A stretch of 64,000 bases of DNA from a candidate division WOR-3 bacterium (GTDB taxonomy: Bacteria; Hydrothermota; Tepidihabitantia; B3-TA06), in assembly GCA_965649265.1 (NCBI GenBank), contig CBFGKC010000006.1:1-64000 (forward strand), read 5' to 3'. The translations under genes were made by a program, and so were the position numbers. Below the pieces are notes generated by a model. It was not told where the DNA came from. It saw nothing but the letters and a program-made list of their open reading frames with translations, and did no database searches. Below are positions 36,401 through 45,519 of the stretch, piece by piece (positions within the stretch are counted from its first letter, which is position 1; the number at the start of each line of letters is the position of its first letter).

Positions 36401-36899
36401 GCTTATACAGGTTCTTATCCAAAAATCCGAGGAGGCTCTTTCGCTCAGGAGAGAGACGCTTGGCGAGCAACTCTTCGCGGAGCTTCGCAACCTCGTTCTG
36501 CTCACAGTTATAGACAGGCACTGGCGCGATCACCTTTCGGAGATGGAAGATTTGAGAAAAGGAATCTCTCTGCGTGGCTACGGTCAGAAGGACCCGATCA
36601 TCGAATACAAGCGCGAAGCCTACGGCAAGTACCAGGAGATGGTTCGTTCCTTCCAGAAAGAGGTAACCAAGCTCATCTTTCGCGCGCAGTTGAGGCAGGC
36701 ACCGGTTCGCAGGCAGGCTCCGGTACACGCCTACAAGGAGGAGGCTGCCGCATCCCAGGGAGGTGGAGAAGGTCAGCCTTCACAATCGCCGCCTAAAGCC
36801 GCTCCGGCCCAGGCGCAGGCAAAGGTCGGCCGCAACGATCCTTGTCCGTGCGGTTCAGGAAAGAAATACAAGAAATGCTGCTACCCGAAATACGGTTGA
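33426..36899 (+). CDS. secA: Protein translocase subunit SecA with a large N-terminal insertion
   Basis: [50 protein letters not shown], SEC-C motif [18 protein letters not shown]. Confidence 0.97.
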   Translation: [1157 protein letters not shown]

Positions 36900-36971
36900 G
36901 GTCGGTTGTGTTAATAGCGCAGTCGCTTTCAGGGAAGTGTACACCGGAATTCACATACGAGAGGAGGTCTG

Positions 36972-37919
36972 ATGGATAAGAAGCTTTTGGAACCACTGAA
37001 ATCCAAACGCGTGCTCGTATGTTCGGGCGGGTGGTCTTCAGAACGGGAAATTTCCCTTCTTTCCGGGCGCAACGTGTTCGAGGCGCTACGCAGGCAAGGA
37101 ATTGAAGCCGTTAGCTTTGATTTAACGTCTCACGAGGATTTGCCTAAAATTCTCAAGGAGAAACCCGATCTCATCTTCATCGCACTGCACGGGAAGATGG
37201 GCGAGGACGGTTCTTTCCAGGGTTTCTGCGAGACGGCCGGCATTCCTTACACGGGCTCAGCCGTCGAGGCCTCGGCGGTAGGGCTCGACAAATGGGTTTC
37301 GAAGTGGGTGTTTGCACGCAACGACATTCCCACTCCGCGTTTCATTCCCCTTCACTCCGGAGAAGACTACGTTGCAAACGTCCACAAGGCCTCGTACGAA
37401 CTCGGCTTTCCTGTTGTCATAAAACCGCGCTACGAGGGTTCGAGCATTGGAGTGAAGATTGTTCACGAGGAACTCGCGCTTCTCGAGGAAACTCGTCGAA
37501 TACAGGCGGAGTTCGGAGATTTGCTTCTTGAAGAGTTTATTTCGGGAATGACATGCACCGCCGGAATTCTGGGTGAACAGGCCCTGCCTCTTCTCGAACT
37601 GGTGCCGAAGACCCAGGAGTTTTACGACTACCAGGCCAAGTACACTAAAGGTGCCACCGAGTTTCACTGCCCGGCGCGGATTAATCCGCAACAGACAAGA
37701 CTCGCTCAGGAGCTCGCTCTCAAGGCGTTTCGATCGATCGGAGCCAGGCATTTCGGCAGGGTAGATTTCATGCTTTCAGAGAACGGCCTGCCCTTCTTTC
37801 TCGAAGTAAACACCATTCCGGGATTGACCGATCTCAGTGATCTCCCTGCAGAGGCCAAGGTTGCCGGAATAGAGTACGATGAACTTATTATCCGCATCGC
37901 TCTTCTTGCATTGAAGTGA
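36972..37919 (+). CDS. ddl: D-alanine--D-alanine ligase
   Basis: GGWSSEREISL, ALHGKMGEDG, EGSSIG, FYDYQAKY, LEVNTIPG.T..S. Confidence 0.95.
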   Translation: MDKKLLEPLKSKRVLVCSGGWSSEREISLLSGRNVFEALRRQGIEAVSFDLTSHEDLPKILKEKPDLIFIALHGKMGEDGSFQGFCETAGIPYTGSAVEASAVGLDKWVSKWVFARNDIPTPRFIPLHSGEDYVANVHKASYELGFPVVIKPRYEGSSIGVKIVHEELALLEETRRIQAEFGDLLLEEFISGMTCTAGILGEQALPLLELVPKTQEFYDYQAKYTKGATEFHCPARINPQQTRLAQELALKAFRSIGARHFGRVDFMLSENGLPFFLEVNTIPGLTDLSDLPAEAKVAGIEYDELIIRIALLALK

Positions 37920-39328
37920 AAATACTCACAATTTTTCTGTTTACCATTACGCTTTGGGCAGCGAGTTACGGAGTGTCCGGCTCCAAGGCATATCTTCTCG
38001 ATGATTCAGATCTGAGAATCATTACGAGCCAGGGTTCCAGAAGACTTCCTCTCTTCGGTATCCCCGTAACAATATTGCTCGGTTCCAAACCGTACGTTCT
38101 GACCAGTCAGGCGCTCTTTGCTGTCGATCCCGCGAAAGAAGAAGTGACATCGGTTTCCAGGCTTGACCGTTCTTACATGGATGCCGTGGTTTCAAAGGAT
38201 GATCGAATCTATCTCATGGGCGGAAACGTCCTCACTGTTTTCCAGGGGTCGGCTTCCAAATTCACGCTCCTTTATTCTTACGAACTTCCTGGAGCACCTG
38301 ATCGCGTCTTCCTTCTACCTACAGGGGAATTGCTTTTTACGGGATCGAGGACCTTCACGTACAATCCGGCCACGAGTTCCACCGAAGATATTTCACCGGG
38401 GTGGAAACCAACGCATCCGTCTCTTGCAGGCAGCACGATGGTCGAGAACGAAGGCTCGGCACTTTTCCTGTTCAATACGGCATCAAAGACACGGGACACC
38501 GTCTATTTTTCATCCGAGATTAAACATGTGACCCCATGGCGGGATAAAATCCTTCTGGCAACATCGTCAGAAGTAATGCTGCTCGATCCCGTTTCCGCAT
38601 CAGTTGTTTCAAGCAGTCCGGTGCTCGGTATAGAAAAGCTTTCTTGCGTGAACCAGGATACCATTGCCGTCGCTCTTCAGAAGGATGTCATTTCGACGTT
38701 CAGTCTTCCCGGGCTTATGCCGCTCGAGACCTTCAACGCTTCGTGTGACGCGCAGGCTTCTGTGTATCCTTTCTTTCATCAGCCGATTTTTGAGTGTCGT
38801 GACAAGCTCGCTTTGCCTTCAGGAACGAAAGGGACTCAGACTTATCTGGTTCAATCCGTGAAACCCCAGGAAGGGGCCTATTTTGCTCTTCAGGTAGGCG
38901 CCTTCTCCAATCTCGCGAGTGTCGGGACCCTCATGGAAAGGCTTGCGGGACAGGGGCTTCCGTACTATACAATCCAGGATGGAAACCTGACCAAATTCAG
39001 GGTGGGATATTTTCGCACGAGAGCCGATGCGGAGCGAATCCGCTCGTTTCTCGGTGATCTCGATGCGTGGATTGTCACCGAAAAGACTCAGCAGCCGCTC
39101 ATTCATTCAATCCATGACCTCAATCACGACGTCCGGCCTGATGGTATAGTTTCAAAGGGTGACAGTGTGCTGGTTCTCACTTTGCGTGATCAAACCTGGA
39201 TTGATGTGATTAAGGCCTCAAGGCTTCCCGAACCGGCAACCGAGGTCTACCTTCAGGGAAACAAGGCGTACGCAAAGCTTGCGACTTCCGGCCTGCGCGA
39301 ACTCGTACTGCCTGATTCTTCCAAATAA
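37916..39328 (+). CDS. Secreted beta-rich protein with SPOR domain
   Basis: Signal peptide; FALQVGAFSN...FRVGYFRTRADA. Confidence 0.75.
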   Translation: MKILTIFLFTITLWAASYGVSGSKAYLLDDSDLRIITSQGSRRLPLFGIPVTILLGSKPYVLTSQALFAVDPAKEEVTSVSRLDRSYMDAVVSKDDRIYLMGGNVLTVFQGSASKFTLLYSYELPGAPDRVFLLPTGELLFTGSRTFTYNPATSSTEDISPGWKPTHPSLAGSTMVENEGSALFLFNTASKTRDTVYFSSEIKHVTPWRDKILLATSSEVMLLDPVSASVVSSSPVLGIEKLSCVNQDTIAVALQKDVISTFSLPGLMPLETFNASCDAQASVYPFFHQPIFECRDKLALPSGTKGTQTYLVQSVKPQEGAYFALQVGAFSNLASVGTLMERLAGQGLPYYTIQDGNLTKFRVGYFRTRADAERIRSFLGDLDAWIVTEKTQQPLIHSIHDLNHDVRPDGIVSKGDSVLVLTLRDQTWIDVIKASRLPEPATEVYLQGNKAYAKLATSGLRELVLPDSSK

Positions 39329-39335
39329 AGATTCC

Positions 39336-42300
39336 TCAGAAATACATCCCCGCAGAAAGCTTGAATTCGTTGGTTAGTCCGCGCTCGTCGGGATAAAGGG
39401 TTCCGGTGTAGGAAAGACGAACCGAGAGACCTTTTGCAATTGAACGTTCGACACCTGCGTTCCACGAAGGGGTGAGTCCGAGGGGGTCTTCCTGCCCGAT
39501 GAGGTATGGAAGTTCTGTTTGCGAAATGTTCGAAAGCCGTTGGGTAAGCCTGAAGCCGGCGCTAGTGCGCCAGTCCTTGAATGTCTTTTCGGCATCTGCC
39601 GATATCCATATTCGCCTGATCTCTATTTGTCCAAGTTCCGGGTAGTAATACGGCTCCTCAGCGACGAGGTTGGCGAACCCGATCTGGGGTTCAAGCCTGA
39701 GCCACAAATCGATAACTGGTGCCAGCCACGAACTTGACTCGGTTTTGGTACGCAGCGCAAGCTCGTTGCGAGCTCTCGATTCGCTCGTGAAAGACCCAAG
39801 CAATCTCAAAAGGTACGATGGATGAACCCGTGAGCGCAGCTCCGCATCGGCCCTCCATGTTTCTTGCCGTTCGTCGGCACCTCCCCATGCCGGGAAGCGG
39901 CCGTTTCTGTACGAGGGGGAGAGTATTACGTTCAAAAGCTCATAGCCGGGCAGGAGGGTAACCCTTGAGCTTGCCGCAAACGAGTTCGAATAATATGAAT
40001 CGTTGTAATCGAGTGAAACCCATATCTTCGCCGGCGCAAGACTCATATCGGCGGCCAGGTTTGCTTTGCGCTGCGGGGCAAGGGCTGCCCCCTCCTCCTT
40101 TCTTATCTCCAGTTTGTAATCCCCTTTCTCGTCGGGTATGTATTCACCGGTCTCGGGGTCGCGTTTGTAGTCACCTGTCCCGGGGGTGACAGGAAGGTAA
40201 TATAAAACCTCTTTCTCAATACTTTGCGGATGCTGGGAAAGGTTTGCAGAGATATTTATCCTTGGCGATGGTGAATACTCAAGTCCCATATCCCCGAAGA
40301 GAAAAAACCAGCTGGTATCCGCAGGGAGATTTTTGATTGTGAACCTGTCCAGTCCTGCGGTGAGTCTTGTCTCAATTTTTTTGGCGCCGTAGTCGGCTGA
40401 AAAGAAAATGCGATCGTAATACAAGGTGTCTTGCCAGGTCTCCTGATCGTTGGCAAGGCTCTGGTCGATGCGCCTTGAACCGGTAAGCTTGATCTCGATC
40501 TCACTCAGGGGTCGCATCGCGAGACCGAGAAGCGGCTCGAAATTCTGTTTCATGTCAACCGTATCGTACCTTGCCCACGAGAAACCTGCGAGAGGAGTCC
40601 AGATTCCGAAACGAGGGTGAATACCGATCGAGGCGCGCTGCCTTGATTTAAGCCAGTCGCCCGAAAGGTCAAAAAAAGGTGCTCTTGATGACGCCCGGCC
40701 GCTGAATTCGTGCCCAGCGGTCCAAAGATGGCCTCCACCTATTCCTATGGTCAATGAGTCGAAGGGGTTTGCTTCCAGTTCGAGCAGCTGTTCATTGAAG
40801 TACGTGGGTAGCGAATCCATGTTCCACCTGTCGGCTGCCGCCGCATCCGACGTTCTCACCGGCAGGCTTACGTCTTGTGAACCGAAGCTGTGCGAGAGGT
40901 TGAGTCCGAGTTTTTCCCATTTTGCCTCCACGCCAATACGATGGGCGTGTCCGAAGACGTAGCTCGTGTCGTTGTATAAGTTCGATGTCAGTCTCGATCC
41001 GGCAGCCGACAAATCGATTCCTAACGGTCCAAAGACCTTTCTGAACGAAACACCCAGAGCCTCCTGTCTGCCGGGAAGAGTCGTAAGAATCTCGGCTTTG
41101 TAATTCCCCGCATCCGGTCCGGTGTAAATGAAGAAGCCTGAATCGGGATTAAGCACGTAGTCACCGGAAGTGGAATCGACCAGCCTGAAGCTCACGTCGT
41201 AGTCGCCCTGACCCTGGCCTGCCCATATGAAATGGTCGTCCGAAAGCAAGTAGCTGCCTGAGCCCGATCCAACGTAGACACCTCCCGGGACGACGGCCTC
41301 GGAGGAAGTCACGGTATCAAGTATCGCCTGCTGCGAATCGCTCCAGGTGTGAAAGAGATGGGTTCGGGAGTCGGCTTCCCTGTAAAAGTAAACGCCGAAA
41401 GGTCCTGCTGATACACCCAAAAGTTCGTTGTTGGCAGCGTAATCGGAGCCGGTGTAGGTATAGTCTACCTCAGCCCTCGAGCGTGAGCGAATATCTATCC
41501 TCGAATTGAAGGTGATTGCACCGGTCGAGTAATCGATCACATAATCGTTCTCCGAGCCGCGTACAAGAAGCCGCGTATCGAGCCAGATCTTTTCGGAACC
41601 CGGTACGAGCGGTTCTGCGGATTCTGCGGAACCGACAAGGTAGGGTCCGCGCTTGCCGTCAACGAGCGAAAGAATCGAATGGCCTCTTTTGGTGCCCTCT
41701 ATTCCGAATGCACCGGTGGTACTCACTGGTCCAAGAGACATTCCTGTGGATGCCCCTTTTATTCTTCTTTCCAGCAATCCGTATCCTGCGAACGGGTCCG
41801 ACAAATCAATATCTCCCAGGTTTACTTTCCAGTTTTTCTGCGAGAGCGAGACCGAGATCCGGTCAAAGTCCTCTATCCTTTCCGTGGTTCCTTCCGGAAC
41901 AAACGCACCCTGCTCGTCAGCGATATGTCCTGATACATCAACCCCGGCAAGGTTTCCGTTCATGTTTACCGAAAGCCCTTGGGAAAGATCGCTCGATCCC
42001 TTGTCGTTCAATGAGAGCGAGAGGGTTTTTGAGCCGTGAACCTCGAGCCGCTCTGCTGTCGACGCGGGCTCGAGGTTTCTTAGAGAATCCCCGGGTTCAA
42101 AGCTTGTAGTTTCTTTCGCCTCGTATAATGAATACGGCTCAATCGAATCAGCCGCAATCGTCTGATACTTCAGGATGACTTCCAGGGTTTCAGGGGGGGG
42201 AGGCGTCAGTATAAGCCTGTTAGAAACAATGCTTGCCTTTGAAGTCACGGGCGGGTCGAATATGATGCTGCCTTCCACTATCAAAGCATCGGATAAATAA

Positions 42301-42386
42301 TACTCAACCCTGCCGGGTTCAAGAACAAGGGTTTGTTCGTGAGGGACCAGAAAAGAGGAGATCAGAAACAGATACAGAGGGACCAT
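39336..42386 (-). CDS. Large hypothetical outer-membrane protein
   Basis: 1016 aa, amphipathic beta strands, C-terminal Phe; GSEKIWLD..LL.RG.ENDY.IDY..G.ITF motif. Confidence 0.75.
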   Translation of the reverse strand: MVPLYLFLISSFLVPHEQTLVLEPGRVEYYLSDALIVEGSIIFDPPVTSKASIVSNRLILTPPPPETLEVILKYQTIAADSIEPYSLYEAKETTSFEPGDSLRNLEPASTAERLEVHGSKTLSLSLNDKGSSDLSQGLSVNMNGNLAGVDVSGHIADEQGAFVPEGTTERIEDFDRISVSLSQKNWKVNLGDIDLSDPFAGYGLLERRIKGASTGMSLGPVSTTGAFGIEGTKRGHSILSLVDGKRGPYLVGSAESAEPLVPGSEKIWLDTRLLVRGSENDYVIDYSTGAITFNSRIDIRSRSRAEVDYTYTGSDYAANNELLGVSAGPFGVYFYREADSRTHLFHTWSDSQQAILDTVTSSEAVVPGGVYVGSGSGSYLLSDDHFIWAGQGQGDYDVSFRLVDSTSGDYVLNPDSGFFIYTGPDAGNYKAEILTTLPGRQEALGVSFRKVFGPLGIDLSAAGSRLTSNLYNDTSYVFGHAHRIGVEAKWEKLGLNLSHSFGSQDVSLPVRTSDAAAADRWNMDSLPTYFNEQLLELEANPFDSLTIGIGGGHLWTAGHEFSGRASSRAPFFDLSGDWLKSRQRASIGIHPRFGIWTPLAGFSWARYDTVDMKQNFEPLLGLAMRPLSEIEIKLTGSRRIDQSLANDQETWQDTLYYDRIFFSADYGAKKIETRLTAGLDRFTIKNLPADTSWFFLFGDMGLEYSPSPRINISANLSQHPQSIEKEVLYYLPVTPGTGDYKRDPETGEYIPDEKGDYKLEIRKEEGAALAPQRKANLAADMSLAPAKIWVSLDYNDSYYSNSFAASSRVTLLPGYELLNVILSPSYRNGRFPAWGGADERQETWRADAELRSRVHPSYLLRLLGSFTSESRARNELALRTKTESSSWLAPVIDLWLRLEPQIGFANLVAEEPYYYPELGQIEIRRIWISADAEKTFKDWRTSAGFRLTQRLSNISQTELPYLIGQEDPLGLTPSWNAGVERSIAKGLSVRLSYTGTLYPDERGLTNEFKLSAGMYF

Positions 42387-42994
42387 TACCTTACTATCAG
42401 GATATGGGTAGGATCGGCAAGGTAGTAAACCAGCTTGTCCGTTATCGCCATCTGGTTTGTAAGATAAGCGATGGTTTCAGTTGTAAGGCCGAGACTTGAA
42501 AGCTCGTGATTCACCGTCGAATCCATCGGAAGCGGTTCGTTTTTTTGCAGGTAATAGATGCTGTCCGCGATGCACCATATAGAAAGCGGCGCTCTCGATA
42601 TGCTTCTTTCCTCAAGAATACTTCCCAGAGGGGAAAGCCGTCTTAATGTAAAGTCTGAAAGAACCCATAACTCACCGGAAGTCGTTAACGCAGCGTCGTC
42701 CGCATCATTGGCAACCGCTCCTCCTATCGCTTTCCTGAGATCGTAAAGCATCAGTTTTCTGCCTCTTAGCACGTAAAGCAGTTCGTCAAAATAAAGCAAG
42801 CGTTGAGCACCGCTTATTCTCTCCGGAAGCGAATAATTTGTCCACTCATCGTTGTCTTCAAGCACGAAAACTTCGTCTCCTGCTCGTGAAAGGAAAACCA
42901 GTCGCGAGTCTGGAGAGGCCGCCAGGGCTTTTGCAGGCTGTGGAAGTTGTAATGTGTCCACCCTTCCTATGAACAAGGCAAGAAAAAAGATCAC
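42386..42994 (-). CDS. Hypothetical secreted beta-propeller-like protein
   Basis: Hydrophobic N-terminus; GTG 6 nt after TTGACT-N16-TATCCT; TAATG overlap with the next gene. Confidence 0.65.
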   Translation of the reverse strand: MIFFLALFIGRVDTLQLPQPAKALAASPDSRLVFLSRAGDEVFVLEDNDEWTNYSLPERISGAQRLLYFDELLYVLRGRKLMLYDLRKAIGGAVANDADDAALTTSGELWVLSDFTLRRLSPLGSILEERSISRAPLSIWCIADSIYYLQKNEPLPMDSTVNHELSSLGLTTETIAYLTNQMAITDKLVYYLADPTHILIVR

Positions 42995-43096
42995 AGCCTA
43001 AGGATAACCGTCACATCCCGGTAGTCAAGCCCAGGATTAAACTTTTTGTCCCCTTCGTTGTCAATAAATAGTGATGAACAAGAAAAGGAGTAATTC

Positions 43097-43564
43097 ATGC
43101 TAAAGTTAGCAACAATACCTTTGATTCTGGCCGCTTTCTTCGCCGCGCCGGGATCGCACGACGCCGCACGCTCCCGCGGGCCACATTCCGGCATGTTTCT
43201 TTCTCCACAAGCAATTCAAGAATTGGCACTTACCGACGAACAAATATCCAAGATCAAGGATCTCAAGGATACTCGCATGGATAAGACGCTCGAAATAAGA
43301 CAGAAGATGGAGAAGTCGCGGCTTGAGCTTGCCAAGCTTACCGATGACAATGAACCGAACCAGACAAAAATCGAAACAAAGATTCGCGAGATAGGCAACC
43401 TTAAAACCGAAATGGAACTAGAGCGGATCAATTTCTTCTTTCAGGTTCGTAAGCTGCTTACCCCTGAGCAGATAGAAAAACTCGGAACTATTCATGCGTT
43501 CGGCAGAAATCCCGGCGGCCGTTCGGAAAGACCATGCCGTGACGCAGGACCCGACCACGATTAA
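43097..43564 (+). CDS. Spy/CpxP-family periplasmic chaperone or metal sensor
   Basis: Signal peptide; LALTDEQ and LLTPEQ (LTxxQ motifs). Confidence 0.82.
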   Translation: MLKLATIPLILAAFFAAPGSHDAARSRGPHSGMFLSPQAIQELALTDEQISKIKDLKDTRMDKTLEIRQKMEKSRLELAKLTDDNEPNQTKIETKIREIGNLKTEMELERINFFFQVRKLLTPEQIEKLGTIHAFGRNPGGRSERPCRDAGPDHD

Positions 43565-43646
43565 CAAGATGAAATTCCCTGACAAATCCCCTGACGGAGA
43601 AAAAAACCTGCCTCCATTGGGGATATCAAAACCCCATGGTGTAACA

Positions 43647-43674
43647 AAGGTGGCCGGTTCGACTCGGCCACCTT
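43647..43674. terminator. Stem-loop between the two Spy/CpxP genes
   Basis: AAGGTGGCCG...CGGCCACCTT. Confidence 0.45.
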
Positions 43675-43747
43675 GCCATCACCTGAAAAAATACTATAAT
43701 TTAGATATGAATTTTTTAGAAAACCAAACTGTGAAAAAGGAGTACGC

Positions 43748-44266
43748 ATGTTGAACATCGCGACGACGGCTTTACTTGCCCTTTCCCTTGTGGGAGCTCA
43801 GGGTGAAGGATGCCCTATGATGGGTGGAGGGATGATGGAAGGAACCATGATGGCGGGCGGGATGATGAGTCTGCCCATGATTCTCGATAATCCCGAGATG
43901 ACAAAAACCCTTAACCTTACCGAAGATCAGCAGAAGAAGCTCAAGGATCTGCGTTATTCACACCAGGATAAGGTTCTCGAAATCAAGCAGAAACTCGAGC
44001 GCGAGGAACTCGCTTTAAGAAAACTCATGGATGCCGACACCCCGGATAAGGCGCAAATAGAAGCCAAGATAAAGGTTATAGGTAGTCTTCGTACTGATAT
44101 GGAACTCGCTCGCATAGGGATGTTCTTCGATATCCAGAAGATACTTACCGCCGATCAGTTGAAGCAGCTCAAATCCATGCGCGGCGCCGGAAGCCATATG
44201 GGTATGGGTAATCCCAAGGCTCCCGGTCCATCAGATCAGGACATGCCCGGTATGCAGCACGAATAA
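43748..44266 (+). CDS. Spy/CpxP-family protein with Met-rich N-terminus
   Basis: CPMMGGGMMEGTMMAGGMM; LNLTEDQ and ILTADQ. Confidence 0.85.
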   Translation: MLNIATTALLALSLVGAQGEGCPMMGGGMMEGTMMAGGMMSLPMILDNPEMTKTLNLTEDQQKKLKDLRYSHQDKVLEIKQKLEREELALRKLMDADTPDKAQIEAKIKVIGSLRTDMELARIGMFFDIQKILTADQLKQLKSMRGAGSHMGMGNPKAPGPSDQDMPGMQHE

Positions 44267-44418
44267 AGGGCTTGACTAACTCCTCGAAAAGGATTAATAT
44301 GGCCGGAAGAGATTCCGGCCATAACCTTTTTTAATGTCCGGATTCTTACCTGCCTCATCGAGGCATGGGTTGCAATTCGTTGGAATGAAAAGTCGTTTTA
44401 GTCATTCAAGGAGGAGAA

Positions 44419-44952
44419 ATGAAACGCATGATATCCGTCTTTGTACTCTTGATAGCGCTCTCGTCATCAGCCCTGGCTGCTGCGGCTCCGAAAGCCCCTG
44501 GGAAGGTGTATCCGATGATGATGGGCCCAAAGATCTCGACCACCGTTCTTCCCATAAGCGGCCTGCTGAATCCCCTGAACGTTTCGGGTGAAATGCTAAT
44601 AAATCTCTACCGCAACGTATTATGGCTCAGAACCGACCTTCTTTCCCTTTCGATCCGTGACAGTGCCAACAATCTGGGTATCAATCTCGGTTCACCGTTC
44701 GATATCGTATTTATGGGCTACTACAAGGGCGTCCGGCCTTACGGCTTCGGCGGGTTCGGTATATACGTCAATTCGTTTGGAGAGAATACAAACTACTGGA
44801 CTGGTGTCGATCTCGGCGGCGGGGCTTCCTACGAGGTCTCGCGCGGGCTCCATCTCTTTGGCGAGCTTGGCGGAAGATTGGGATATAACGGTTCGAATCT
44901 CGATTACGGAATATTCCTCGGAGCGGGTGCTAGGTTCGCGTTCGTCTGGTAA
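44419..44952 (+). CDS. Small outer-membrane beta-barrel protein
   Basis: Signal peptide, RPYGFGGFG, C-terminal GAGARFAFVW. Confidence 0.75.
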   Translation: MKRMISVFVLLIALSSSALAAAAPKAPGKVYPMMMGPKISTTVLPISGLLNPLNVSGEMLINLYRNVLWLRTDLLSLSIRDSANNLGINLGSPFDIVFMGYYKGVRPYGFGGFGIYVNSFGENTNYWTGVDLGGGASYEVSRGLHLFGELGGRLGYNGSNLDYGIFLGAGARFAFVW

Positions 44953-45225
44953 CCCGTAACACACCCGTAACACCCGTAACACGCCACATTTCCCACTAGT
45001 CCGTAAATTAAGAGAATAGTATTCAGATTCTCATAATTGAGTGAGGTGACGTCTGGGAATGTTTCTGAGGGGGGCCGTAACACACCCGTAACACCCGTAA
45101 CACGCCACTTTTCCCTCTAGTACGTAAAATAAGAGGATGGTTTTCAGACTCTTTTAATGAGTGAGTTGACGCCTGAGTATGTTTCTGAGGGGGGCCCCGT
45201 AACACTCCACCCCCCGTAACACTCG
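44950..45225. repeat. Array of ~122-bp units delimited by CCCGTAACAC clusters and CTGAGGGGGG
   Basis: Two diverged full units plus a third CCCGTAACAC cluster; begins at the upstream TAA stop codon. Confidence 0.88.
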
Positions 45226-45238
45226 TCCCCTACGGGGA

Positions 45239-45320
45239 GGGTCTCGTACTTGAGATGAGTCTTCATCTCATAGGTCAGGGTCTGACCCTTGAGATGAGTC
45301 TTCATCTCATAGGTCAAACC
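45239..45320. repeat. Two tandem 39-bp palindromic units
   Basis: TTGAGATGAGTCTTCATCTCATAGGTCA twice, with internal hairpin TGAGATGA/TCATCTCA. Confidence 0.85.
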
Positions 45321-45491
45321 AATGCCGTCTTGAGCTGCTTCTCGAGCCGACCAAGGGGGGGAGGGGGGATCGCGATTACCGGTAATATCTGCAGGCATCT
45401 TGGCGCCTCTTAATCGTGGCATTGGGGCATACGGCAATCTAACTTTCAAAAAAGCGCTGCTTGCGGTAATAGCTATTGTAGTATAAACTAC

Positions 45492-45519
45492 TTGCACTTC
45501 CCTCAAAAGGGAGTATACT
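45492..45519 (+). promoter_or_regulatory. Putative hydrogenase operon promoter
   Basis: TTGCAC-N16-TATACT, about 195 nt before the first gene. Confidence 0.5.

Noticed and set aside
44950-45320. CRISPR array (also considered for 1188-1720)
   Set aside because: The intervening sequences are homologous to each other and far longer or shorter than spacers, the repeats vary in length, and no cas genes are present
45144-45506. 120-aa ORF with a repeated TYEMKTHLK
   Set aside because: It is the translation of the 39-bp palindromic DNA repeat, with no other coding support
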